The position numbers and the translations under genes are program-made. From Mobula hypostoma (taxonomy: Eukaryota): 64,000 bases of DNA. The stretch covers positions 245,026,001-245,090,000 of the forward strand of contig NC_086097.1 of the NCBI RefSeq assembly GCF_963921235.1. The letters are read 5' to 3'. The notes beneath the pieces are model-generated. The model saw only the letters and a program-made list of their open reading frames with translations. It was not told the origin of the DNA and made no database searches. This document shows positions 48,771 through 61,451 of the stretch, in pieces; position 1 is the stretch's first letter, and the number at the start of each line of letters is the position of its first letter.

Positions 48771-49655
48771 TTGGTTTCACTTCACCTAAGTTGTATGGTG
48801 ATCGTGAGCAGAGAACACAGTACAGCCCAGGAATGGGTCCTTCAGCTCACAGTGTTGTGCCGAACGCAATAAAGTAGTAATCAAATACCCAACTAAACCA
48901 ATCCCTTCTTCCATTTGTTGCACATCCGTGTGTCTACCTAAGAGCCTCTTAAGCACACCTATTTTAATGTAGAATTAGTTTTTATTTTGGCGTGTGCCTG
49001 CGTGCGTGCGAGTCTGTGCGTCTGCATATCCGTGCGTCCATCCGTGATGATGGATTTTTCATGGCTTTTTCCAAGGTGCAGAGCGAGAGAGAGAGACATC
49101 TCTTTGTTTTACGAGGTCGAGTTGCGATCTCGACACTCAACCCAGCATGGATGGAAAGTGTACTCGGGGGCGGACCCGACTAGTTTCGAACTCGGGAACC
49201 TCCGCTCCAGGCGCCAATGCCATTGCGCCACCAGCCTCCATGGTACAGTCTAAGAGAAGGCTTCCTCAATGAAGAATTTTATAGATAATTGATAATGCTT
49301 CAGTGTGCAGACGTCCGTTAAGTCTGCGCTAACCAAATCTGCACTGCTTTTATGAAAATGGGTTACAACTATTCTGAATGTCTTAACAGATTTTATACTA
49401 AATGAGCCAATATTTTCAGCTTATTGTGTTATTGCAGTGAAGTTTATTGACTACAGTAACTGCTGTTTTGAAAGTATTATAGCCTACTTTGTTAAAATTT
49501 GAAGTGTTTATAAACCTTGTGTCTTGTAGGATTTGAATAGACCATAGTGGCCACTGCACTTCAGTAACTTCCCACTGAGTAACTACATAATTTTAATATC
49601 ACTTTTAAACCACATTTGTTTGTCATTTATAACAAATGTTTCTGGTCTTTAACAG

Positions 49656-49732
49656 GTCAGTCTTATGAAGTCCGAATGTTGGATAACCGAAAAATAGGAG
49701 ATTTGCCAGAAATGAGTGGGAAAATGGTTAAG
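49656..49732 (+). CDS. UBP1: UBP1 coding exon 3
   Basis: Acceptor TTTAACAG|GT; (G)[25 protein letters not shown]; donor AAG|GTGGGT; 77 nt; phases consistent. Confidence 0.96.
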
Positions 49733-52700
49733 GTGGGTGATTCATTTAATTGACACACTTGTACAACGTTAATAGAATAGCTTTGTCAGTGTATCAATAG
49801 ATGAGAAGCCTTTAGGATAGAGGCATTGACACCCACTGAAGTGTCAGTAAAAAGATCAGGATCTTTGTCATCTTCATGAACTATGAAGATGAAAGAGTTA
49901 AATCCAAACACATAAATCTTTATTTATGAACTGCTAAACCATCGTTTACATGTGTTGATGGGATTAATAAGTAAATAGAATTGATTATAGCCAATAATTA
50001 TGCCAATTATAATAAAATGAATACGTTTGCAATCTGTGGGCATGCTGTGTTGGTGCTGGAAGAATGGTGATACTTGCAGGCTGACCCAGAACAATCCTCT
50101 GACTGTGTTGGTCATTGACACATAATGGCATGTTCGACGTGCAGATGACAAAGCTAATCTTTAAAACTTTTAACAGCAGCAATACCTCAGAGTATAAATG
50201 CTCCCCTCTTCAAATGGTCAGTTTGGACCTTCGTTGTGGTGGTGACCTTCACCTCACTTCCAGTTGATGCCGCTGTAGCCATGATGGCATTACTGCTGTC
50301 TTTCCTAGGTGTACCTTGTGTAAATCTTCCTTGCCTTGCTGCGTGGACAATTTTTGGCCAGCTGCAGCTTAGTTTATTTTTGTATTTATCCTTATAATTC
50401 AGGGAAGGCTGTTTAGTTGCTAGGTCTGCAAATGTCGTGCTATAACTGTTTAAAGTAAAATTTATTATCAGAGTTCATCTGTCATATAAATATACAACCC
50501 TGAGATTGGTTTTCCTGTAGATGTTCTCAGCAAATTTGTAGAAATGTATGATTTTCTATAATTTATCATATAAATAACAGATTAACTAGAGTGCAGAAGA
50601 CAACGACCAATGCAGATATAAATAAATAGCAATAAATAATGAGAGCATGAAATAACAAGATAAAGAATCCTTAAAGTGAGATCATTGGTTGTAGGAACAT
50701 CTCAGTAGATGGGCAAATGAGTGTAGTTATTCCCTCTTGTTCAAGAGCTTGATGGTTTTAAGGTAGTAACTGTTCTTGAACTTGGTAGTGCAAGTGCTGA
50801 GGCTCGTGTACCTTCCACCTGGGTGGTGAGGATCTTTGATAGATGCTGCTTTCCTATGGCAGTGTTTCATGTAGACGTGCTCAATGGTTATCCTTCCTGA
50901 TCACATTAATTTCCAGCCCCATAAATTGGTGAATAGCCCACTGAATCTCCCTACAGAACAAAGAAATAGTTTGGACTGACATGATACAGCATAGAAACAG
51001 GCCTTTTGTCATCCAAGTTTACACCTTCCGCCAGCCCCCCATTTACGCTAAATGTACACAAATCCTTTGTTTTCATTCTCTCGACATTCTCATTAACTCT
51101 CTCACAGATTCTACTGTTCGCCTACTCTAGGGGCAATGTACAGTGTTAATTAAACTACCATCTTGCATGTCTTTGGGATGTGGGAGGAAGCTGGAGCACC
51201 CAGAGGAAATCCAAGTGGCCATAAAGAGAACATGCAAACTCCACACAGAGCACACGAGGTCAGGATTGAATCTGGTTGCTGGCATTGTTAGGCAATGGCT
51301 CTACTGGCTATGCCACTGTTGCCATCTACTATATTGGCATGCAGTAGAAGCCCAGGTAATTATTCAACTGAAGACTTGATGTTAGCATATCCAAGAGCTG
51401 AATAGGCTTTTGGGGACTGAGTTGGGACACAATTGCTACTATTAATTTGGCTGCAGGGGAAATCTTCTCAGAAGCCCTGTTTGGTGAACCTGCATCTTTT
51501 AATTTTCAATCAGCCCGATTTTGATGTGACTGATGTCACACTGGCCAGTGCAAACACTGCACATCTTCAACTTGGGAAGCTGTGTCAAATGTTACTATTT
51601 ATTTAAGACACATATGGACTCAGACACTAACATTCAAAGTTTCTGTTTAAAACATTCCAGTTGGTTAGACAATTACCCTGAGTGGTCCTTTTTAATTGTT
51701 GCTTTTCCATGGATAATTAGCATCAGATATCAAAAGTTTTGAAACCCTCAATTGCCCCCTTTCATTTGTTCCAAAAGAAACGAGATAATTAATCTCTGCA
51801 ATAAAAACAAAAACAATTCAAAGTTGAATAAAAGTTATTTTATTTTCTAAAGATCTGAAATGTTTTGTTTTTCTCTCCACAAATGATGGCTTATCTACAT
51901 ATATTTACAGTACTTTGTTTTAGTTCAGGATTCCAACTTTACAATTTCTTGATTACTTTGTTTAGTTTTTCTTTCGCAGCTGCCTCTCTAATTACATTAA
52001 CCACTAACTCTGCATTTTCTGTGTCATATTTGAGACCTCGCCTTATTTTAAAATTATCTGTGTTCCACATGGTACTTGCCTCTTAATCTAACCAAACAGT
52101 GATCCTGATATTCTTTGGAATATACTTTGTACTTGAGTCCAACACATCTTTCAGTCTCCAGATAACACTAATTCCATTTGGTAATTGGGGTGCCACAGTA
52201 GCTTAGTGGTTAGCATGATGCTGTTACAATTCAGGTATTTGGAGTTGGGAGTTCAATTCCATCGTACTCTGTAAGGAGTTTGTACGTCTTCCCTGTGCTC
52301 TGGTTTCCTCCCGCAGTCCAAAGGCGTTCTGGTAGTCGGTTAATTGTCCCATGATTAGGCTAGGGTTAAATCGGGAGTTGCTGGGTTGTGCGGCTTAAAG
52401 TGTCTGTTCTGAACTGTATCTTTACATAAAATAAACGAGAAAATCTGCAGATGTTGGAAATCTAAGTAACACACACAAAATGCTGGAGGAACTCAGCAGG
52501 CCAGGCAACATCTGTGGAAAAGAGTAAAGAGTCGATGTTTTGGGCCGAGACCATCAGGACTGGAAGATTTGAACTTCTTCATGGAAGAGACTTCACATTG
52601 TAGTAGTCGAATCATAAACTCCTGGAGCAACAAATAATCTGGAGGAATCAGAGTCTGGTTTAATATCACTGCATATGTTGTGAAATTTGTTGTTTTGCTG

Positions 52701-52745
52701 CAGCAGTAAATTGCAATATTAAAACTATTAATGACAATAAGTATT

Positions 52746-54727
52746 CAGTGCCTATAAAAAAATCACCCCCCCCCCAATGGGGGGGGGGTAATTTTCATGT
52801 TTTATTATTTTAAAACATTGAATCACAGTGAATTTAATTTGGGTTTTTTAACACTGTTCAACAGAAAAGACACTTTTGTGTCAAAGTGAAAACAGAAATG
52901 AAAGGGTTACCATATGAGGAACATCTGTCAGCTCTTGGGCTGTATTCCCTGGAGTTCAGGAGAATGAGGGGGGACTCATTGAAACATTCCGAATGTTAAA
53001 AGGCCTGAACAGATTAGATATGGCCAAGTTATTTCCCATGGTAGGGGAGTCTAGGTAGGACAAGAGGGCACAACTTCAGGATTGAAGGACGTCCATTTAG
53101 GACAGAGATGCGGAGAAATTATTTAGTCAGAGGGTGGTAAATCTGTGGAATTTGTTGCCACGAGTGGCTGCGGAGGCCTAGCCATTGGGTGCATTTAAGG
53201 CAGAGATAGATAGGTTCTTGATTGGCCAGGGCATCAAAGGGTTTGGGGAGTGGGGATGACTGGAAGAATTGGATCAGCCTGTGATTGAATGGCAGGGCAG
53301 ACTTGATGGGCTGAATAGCCTACTTCTGCTCCTATATCTTATGGTCTTGTAGATGTACAAATGATCTGAATTACAAATATAAAACACAAAATAATTGATT
53401 GCATAAGTATTCACCCCCGTCAAGTCAATATTTAGTGGATGCATCTTTGGCAGCAATTATGGCCTTGAGTCTGTGTGGATAGGTCTCTATCATCTTTGTA
53501 CATCTGGACACTGCAACTTTCCCATTCTTCTTTACAAAACTGCTCAAGTTCTTACAGATTGCATGGGGATCATAAGTGAACAGCCCTTTTCAAGTCCAAC
53601 CACAGACATTTAATTGGATTGAAGTCTGGGCTCTGAGTTGGCCACTGCAGGACATTAATTTTGTTGATTTTAATCCATTCCTGTGTAGCTTTGGCTTTAT
53701 GCTTGGGGTCATTGTCTTGCTGGAAAACAAATTTTTCCCAAGTCACAATTCTCTTTCATACTACATCAGGTTTTCCTCCAGGATTTCCCTTTATTTTGCT
53801 GCATTCATTTTACCCTCTACCTTCACAAGCCTTCCAGGGCCTGCTGCAGTGTAGCATCCCCACAACATGATGCAGCCACCACCATGCTTCACCGTAGGGA
53901 TGGTGTGTTTTTGATGTGCAGTGCCTGACTTGTGCCAAATACAGCATTTAGTCTAATAGCCAAAAGGCTCAATTTTGATTTCATAAGACATAGAATCTTC
54001 TTCCAGCTGACTTCAGAGTCTCCCACATACCTTCTTGCAAACTCTTAGCCACAATTTCATGTTGTTGTATGCGCAGTCTCACCTTTCTTGGCCACTGAAG
54101 CTTGTAACTCCTCCTGAGTTGTTACAGGTCTCCTGGAGGCCTCCCTCACTGGTCCCCTTCTTGCTCAGTCACTTAGTTTTTGAGGATGTCCTGCTGTAGG
54201 CAGATTTACAGCTGTGCCATATTCTTTGCATTTCTTGATTGACATCACTGTACTCCAAGGGATAATCGGTGACTTGGAAATTTTCTTGTATCCATCTCCT
54301 GACTTGTGCTTTTCAATAACCTTTTCACTTAGAGTGTTCTTTTGTCTTCATGGTGTATTTTGTGCCAGGATACTGACTCACCAGTACTTGGTCCTTCCAG
54401 TTACAAGTGTAGTTTTACGACAATCAGATGCATCATCTTGACTGCACACAGGTGATCTCCATTTAACTAATTATGTGACTTCTAAAACCAGTTGGCTGCA
54501 CCAGTGATGAATTGGTGTGTCATATTAAAGGGGATAAATATTTATGCAATCAATTATTTTGTGTTTTATATTTGTAATTAATTTAGATCACTTAGTAAAG
54601 ATCTTTTTTCACTTTGGCACGAAAGTCTTTTCCTATTAATCAGCCAAATTAAATCCTGTGATTCAGTGTTGTAAAAGAATAAAACATGAAAACTTCCAAG
54701 GTGAGTGAATACTTTTTATAGGCACTG
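52746..54727 (-). mobile_element. Decayed Tc1 transposon with long TIRs, inserted in a Rex1 3' end
   Basis: Termini CAGTGCCTATAAAA / TTTTATAGGCACTG(TA); transposase motif PTVKHGGGCIMLWGC on the minus strand at ~53855-53898. Confidence 0.9.
52898..53348 (+). mobile_element. CR1 3' fragment inserted in the left TIR of the Tc1
   Basis: MKGLPYEEHLSALGLYSLEFRRMRG...; the Tc1 TIR sequence resumes after 53348. Confidence 0.88.
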
Positions 54728-55640
54728 TATATAAAAAGTAAATATAAAATAGGAAGTTCAAAAGAGAGGGGGAAAATACTGAGGTAGTGTTCATGGGTTC
54801 ATTGTCCATTCAGAAATCTGATCTTGGAGAGCAAGAAGTTGTTCCTGAAATGTTGAGTGTGTGTCTTCAGGCTCCTGTACCACTTCCTTAATGGTAGTAA
54901 TGAGAATAGGCCAGGTCCTGGGTGATGGGGGACCTTAACGATTGATTTATGAGGTGTCACTTTTTGAAGTTCCTGGATGCTGGGCAGGGTAGTGACCATG
55001 ATGGAGCTGGCAGAGTTTACACCTTTATCCAGCTTGTTTCCAATCCTGTGAGTGGCCCCTCCACACCAGACAGTGATGCAACCAATTAGAATGCTTTCCA
55101 CAGTACATCTGTAGAAATTTGCCAATGTCTTTGATATACTAAGTCTCCTCAAACTCTTAATGAAATATTGCCGCTGTCGTGCCTTTGTTATTAGAAGATG
55201 AGAATATTAGAAAGTTTTTGACAAGAACAGGCCATTTGGCCCAACAAACTTGCCAAAATTCTATTTGCATAGTTTTGAAATCATTACCGAGTTTAGATTT
55301 GAAGGTCTCTAAGGTACTACTCTCAACACACAATTAGGTAGTTCATTCCATTTGTCCACAGCTCACTGGTATCAATATGTTAGTCCCAGGATAGATCCAC
55401 AGAGATGTTGACACCCAGGAACTTGAAACTGTTCACCCTTTTCCACTTCTGGTCCCTCAGTGAGAACTGGTGTGTGTTCCCTCAACTTTTCTTCCTGAAG
55501 TCCACAATCAATTCCTCTGTCTTACTGACATTGTGCAAGGTTGATGTGACACCACTCAACCAGCTGATACATCCTCTTCCTGTATGTCTCCTCATCTGAA
55601 ATTTTGCCAACAATAGTTGTCATTGGCAGATTTATAGAAC
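54728..55640 (-). mobile_element. Decayed Rex1 fragment (its 3' end lies at ~52645-52745) with a small CR1-type tail inserted at ~55200-55365
   Basis: ORF 54799-55152 ANFYRCTVESILIGCITVW. Confidence 0.8.
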
Positions 55641-56706
55641 TCAGCAGCTCGAGCAATAAATGTTAATGGGGATAAAGGGATTGTCAATGATTGAAATTGA
55701 AGCCCTGTATCAAGACTCAACAACTCCTTTCCTCCCACAGATAATGCTCAACTTAGAATTCCTCCAGCATGTTGTTTGTTGCTTCAGATCCAGCTCTTGT
55801 GTGTTTTTTAAAGCTCCTGTATACCTGTTGGCAGAAGGCAGTAGAGAGAAAAGGAAATAGCCAAGGTAGTAGACATCCTTGATGATATTAAGTTTCCTGA
55901 GACAAAGTACTGTGAAGATGGTCGTGTATGTGCTGTATGACAGTGACTGCTAGGGGAACATTATATTGCAGTTGTTTATGTCGTGGGTGAGGCTTCACTT
56001 AGAGAACGGTGTTCAAGTTTGGTCACTGTGTTGTAGGAGAGATGTAGTTAAACTGGAAAGAGTTACTTATTCCTTGTAATGTTCAAAGTAACCTTATTAT
56101 TGTAAATGTTTTGTCACTATGAAATTCATTTTCTTGCAGACAGTTGTAGGGAAAAAGAAATACAATAGAATTTTACAGAAAACTATATAAATATACAAAG
56201 ACTTGAAAACAACCAATGCGCAAAAGAAAAACTACAAATAAAAATAATACTGTGAACATGAGCTGTAAAGGAGCCTTGAAAGTGAGTCTGTAGGTTGGAG
56301 TATCAGTTCAGAGTTGAGGTGAGTGAAGATATCCATGCTGGTTCAGGAGCCTGATGGTTGTAGGTTAATAACTGTTCCTGAACCTGTGGTGTGGGACCCA
56401 AGGCTCATATACCTTTTGTACAATGGTAGTTGCAGGAAGAGAGCGTGACCTTGTGATGGATGCTGCTTTCTTGTGGCAGTGCTCTATGTAATTGTTCTGA
56501 ATGGTGAGGAGGGATTTACCTACGAAGAACTGGACTGTGTGCACCTCTTTCTGTAGCCTTTTCCATTCTTGCACGTGGGTGTAGTTGGAGAATAAGGGCA
56601 ACCTTCTAGAAAGTGTTTAAAATTATGAATGGCAGGGATAAAGTGGATGGTAACAGTCTTTTCCCCAGTATAAGGGAATCCATAGCTAGGGGATATGGGT
56701 TTAAGG

Positions 56707-57896
56707 CAGGGGTCCCCAACGCTTTTTGCACCGCAGACCAGTTTATTATTGACAATATTCCTGTGGACCGGCCGACCCCGGGGGTGGTGGTAGGGTTGCC
56801 AACGGACAAGAGTAGCAGTCAAATATGTTGTGTTTACCCCGAGGAAAGACTACCATGACCATGAAGCCTTGCGCGGGCACCATTGTGCGCATGCATATAC
56901 GTGCCCTTTTTTTTTCCTACAAATTGTTTTTGGTGATTCTGTTCGGGGGGGGGAGGGCGGGGGTTAATCATGACCAGAATATCGGTGATAAGTGGCTAAC
57001 ACACTCAATTTGGTTTCTAAAAGGGTTTATCTAACGAATTTAATATTAAACACACAGCGCACATTTTCCTCGCATGAATATAGTGATAAGTCAATTATCA
57101 GGGGAGGACAGGGGAGCTTGAAGTAAGTGTTGAAAGAACTTCCAGTAGAAGTGGTAGAGTCAGGTTCGATATTATCATTTAAAGAAAATTTGGATAGGTA
57201 TATGGACAGGAAAGGAATGGAGGGTTATGGGCTGAGTGCAGGTCGGTGGGACTAGATGAGAGTAGTGTTTGGCATGGACTAGAAGGGCAGAGATGGCCTG
57301 TTTCTGTGCTGTAATTGTTATATGGTTATATAAGTAAGTCAATAGCATCATAACATTTTAAGTAACGTTTGGATATTAAACACACAGCACATATTTTCCC
57401 CTTATGAACATATAAAATCATTGCAACACACCCAATATCGCTGAATCACTGGGAGCCCTGGGATTGTTTTCCTGCAACAAGACGGTGCCATCGAGGGGTG
57501 ATGGGAGACAGAGATACTCAAATGGGGTCCCTTATGTCCAGTCTATTCTGCAATTTAGTTTTCGTTGCATTCATTGCAGAGATACGTTGGAAATGGAAGC
57601 AACGTTTTCAGTGCTTTCATGGCTATCTCAGGTTATTTAGCCTTGACTTTGACCCAGAATGCCGGCAGAGATGTTATGTCAAACATACTTTTCAGCCCAC
57701 CGTCATTTGCAAGCTCAAGGAGTTGATCTCCTTCCCGCGCTGACATGGATGACACGTGTGTAATGACCTTGCGTGCGTTCAAGTTCAATACTGGGCATGA
57801 CAGGGAATGATGAAAGGTGCAGCTGACTCATCGCCAAATCATATCGTTTCCTCGCAGCCCGGTACCGGTCCGCGGCCTGGTGGTTGGGGACCACTG
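56707..57896 (-). mobile_element. Non-autonomous hAT (Charlie-like) element containing a CR1 3' fragment
   Basis: TIRs CAGGGGTCCCCAAC / GTTGGGGACCACTG; perfect 8-bp TSD GTTTAAGG; transposase C-terminal remnant; CR1 tail at ~57138-57330. Confidence 0.93.
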
Positions 57897-58512
57897 GTTT
57901 AAGGTTACAGGAGAAAGATTTAAAAAGGACATGAGGGGCAACATGGTGAGTATATGTGATGAGCCAGAGGGAGTGGTTGAGGCAGGTGCAGTAGTATCAT
58001 TTACGTAGTACTTGGATCGGTGGTATGTGGTGGGGTGGAACTGAGGGCAGGAAATCGGGCTACCTGGGTAGATACTGTGATCAGCATGGATTTGTTGGGC
58101 TGAAAGGTCATTATTCATGCTATATTACTCAATGACACATAAACAGAGCACTGCTGTGTCACGTACATCGAGGTTAATAGAGTCCTAGATTAAACAAAAT
58201 TGCTAGAAACTTTGGAGCAGAAATCCTGGTTGCTCATATCCACCATCCTTTATTGTTGCACCACTGCAGGTCCTTATGTTATAACGCAGATGAAGAATTG
58301 CCCCAGGTTCAATTTTTAATGGTCTTAAGCAGCACGGTTAAAAAAAAAGCTATGCACACCAAGATAGTATATAAATTTTCAATGATGAATGAGGTATCTC
58401 TGGAATATCAGAATCAGGTTTATTATCACTGGCATGTGACGTGAAATTTTGAGCTTTGAAACAAAAGATTCATTGTTTCAAAAAGCAACCTAATTTATCA
58501 TTTCTACTCTAG

Positions 58513-58618
58513 AGTATAGTTCGAGTTGTATTCCATGACCGGAGACTCCAATACACAGAGCATCAGCAGCTGGAAGGCTGGAAATGGAACCGCCCTGGTG
58601 ACAGACTCCTTGATTTGG
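58513..58618 (+). CDS. UBP1: UBP1 coding exon 4
   Basis: Acceptor [46 protein letters not shown](D); donor G|GTGAGT; 106 nt. Confidence 0.97.
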
Positions 58619-58715
58619 GTGAGTTTGCTACAATCTCATGTTCTTTTTCAGTTGTGGTCTCTGTGGTGCATTCATGTAATGGTGAGTTACAGGCATAAAT
58701 TGTTGCGTTAGATAA

Positions 58716-59275
58716 TAAGACTATAAGACATAGGGGTAGAATTAACCCATTCAGCTCATCCAGTCTGCTCCACCATGCCATCATAGCTGATTTACTATCT
58801 TTCTCAACCCCATTCTCAAGCCTTCTCTCTGTACCCTATGACGTCCTGACTAACTAAGAGCGTATCAATCACCACGTTATATATACCAATAACTTGGCCT
58901 CCACAGCTGTCTGTGGCCATGAATGCCATAAATTAGCATGCTCTGGCTAAAGAAATTCCTCCTTATCTCTGTTCTAAATGGATGTCCCTCACTTCTCAGG
59001 CTGTGCCCTTTGACCCTAGACATCCCCACTATAAGAAACACTCTCTCCACACCCACTTTTTCTAGGCGTTTCAATGAGATTTGCTCTCTCCTCCCCCCGC
59101 CCCCCCATTCTTCTAAACTTCAGTGAGTACAGCCCTAGAGCCATCAAACACTGATATTAGTTAAAGAGACCCAACACTGCTCACAATACTGCAAATGTGG
59201 TTTGACTGATGATCGAAATGAATGCTGATATTGCATTTGCCTTCCTTACCACTGACTTGACGTGCAAGTTAACCT
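58716..59275 (-). mobile_element. Decayed CR1 3' fragment
   Basis: ORF 58877-59074 GHSLRSEGHPFRTEIRRNFFSQ. Confidence 0.8.
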
Positions 59276-60280
59276 TATATATAGTACAGTTATATATAAT
59301 TTTCATGTCTTTTATCAATGATAATCATGATTCAGAATCGGGCTTAATATCACGAGCATATGTTGTGAAATTTGTTAGTGGCAGCAGTACAATGTGATCC
59401 ATGATAAATAGAAAAAAAATTGAATTACAGTAAGTATATATGTACATAAAATAGATAAATTAAGAATAGTAGTGCAAAAACAGAAATGGGGAAAAACAAG
59501 TGAGGTGTTCATGGGTTCCAGTGTCTGTTTTGAAATCAGATGGCAGAGGAGAAGAAGCAGTTTCTGAATCACTGAGTGTGTGCCTTCAAGTTTCTGTACC
59601 TCCTTTCTGACATAAGGGTAAGGGCCAGCGACGCAGAGTTGAGTAAAAAGTATTTTAAGATTTAATTTGCTGTGGGGAATGAAAGCTCATGTACCAAGGT
59701 AATTTAAAGGTATTTTTATTTTATTTTATTATATTATTTAGAGATACAACGTGGAACAGGCCCTTCTGGCCCAAGGAGCAGAAATGCCAGGCAACTCATC
59801 TATTTAATATGAGCCGAATCATAGGACAATTTTACAATAACCAATTAACCTACTAACCAGTATGCCTTTGGACTGTGGGAGGAAACTGGAGAACCCAAAG
59901 GAAACCCACATGTTTCATGGGGTGGGGGGGGGGGGCATGCAAAGCCCTTGCAGACGGCACAGGAATTGAACTCAAAACTCTGGAATGCCCTGAGCTGTGA
60001 TAGCATCGTACTAACTACTACGCTACTGTGGCACCCTTGGGGGAGGAATAAGTAAAGATTAGTAGAGAAAAAGAATCATTTTTAATAAATGCAAGAGCTG
60101 TAAAGGTCCATGGGAAAAACTGAGATCTGTTTTGGAGACCCTGGATGGCATATGTCCGTAATTTCCTGAAGGTGGCTACATATTTACATAAGGTGCGATA
60201 GAAGGCAGTTGGCGTGCTGGACTTCATTGACATTGGGAAGGGCGGCATGGTAGCGTAATGGTTAGCACAATGATTTACAG

Positions 60281-61451
60281 CAGCAGTCCCCAAACTCCGG
60301 GCCGCAAAGCATGTGCTACCGGGCCGTGAGGAAACGATATGATTTGGCGATATGAGACAGCTGCACCTTTCCTCATTCCCTGTCACGGCCACTGATCAGC
60401 CATTACGCATGCGAGGTCATGACCCGTGCGTCATCCGTGTCAGCGCGGGAAGGAGATCAACTCCTCGAGCTTGCAAATGACGGCGGGCTGAAAAGTATGT
60501 TTGACATAATATCTCTGATGGCGTTCTGGATCAAAGTCAAGGCTGAATATCCTGAGATAGCCACGAAAGCACTGAAAATGTTGCTTCCGTTTCCAGCGTA
60601 TCTCTGCAATGAATGCAACGAAAACTAAAATGCGGAATAGACCGGACATAAGGAACCCCATTCGAGTATCGCTGTCTCCCATCACCCCTCGATAGGACCA
60701 TCTTGTTGCAGGAAAACAAGCCCAGGGCTCCCACTGATTCAGCGATATTGGTGTGTTGCAATGATTTTATATGTTCATACAGGGAAAATATGTGCTGTGT
60801 GTTTAATATCCAAGCGTTACTTAAAATGTTACGAGGCTATTGACTTGCATATATAACCATAGAACAATTACAGCACGGAAACAGGCCCTTCTAGTCCGTG
60901 CCGAAGGCTACTCTCACCTAGTCCCACCGACCTGCACTCAGCCCATAACTCTCCATTCCTTTCCTGTCCATATACCTATCCAATTTTTCTTTAAATGATA
61001 ATATCAAACCTGCCTCTACCACTTCTGTTGGAAGTTCGTTCAACACTTACTTCAAGCTCCCCTGTCCTCCCCTGATAATTGATTTATCACTATATTCATG
61101 CAAGGAAAATATGTACTGTGTGTTTAATATTAAATTCGTTAGATAAACCCTTTTAGAAATGAAATTGAGTGTATTAGCAATTTATCACCTATGTTCCAGT
61201 CGTGATTAACATCCCCCCCGACAGAATCGCCAAAAACAATTTGTAGAGAAAATTCAGCATGTTACATGTACGCACATGTGCACTGGTGCCCGCGCAAGTC
61301 TTCATGGTCATTGTAGTCTTTCTCGGGGTAAACCCAACATATTTGACTGCTACTCTTGTCCGTCGGCAACCCTCCCCCCGGGTCCGCCGGTCCGCAAGAA
61401 TATTATTAATATTAAACCGGTCCGTGGTGCAAAAAAGGTTGGGGACCCCTG
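60281..61451 (+). mobile_element. Non-autonomous hAT (Charlie-like) element containing a CR1 3' fragment; inverted sister of 56707-57896
   Basis: TIRs CAGCAGTCCCCAAAC / GTTGGGGACCCCTG; perfect 8-bp TSD ATTTACAG; AFWIKVKAEYPEIATKALKMLLPFP is the hAT dimerisation region; CR1 tail at ~60850-61040. Confidence 0.93.

Noticed and set aside
21836..58618. Calling the gene TFCP2 or TFCP2L1
   Set aside because: N-terminal [23 protein letters not shown] and exon lengths fit UBP1 better; a phylogeny would confirm.
58526..58711. ORF overlapping exon 4 in another frame
   Set aside because: Off-frame reading of the UBP1 exon; splice phases support the SIVRVVFHD frame.
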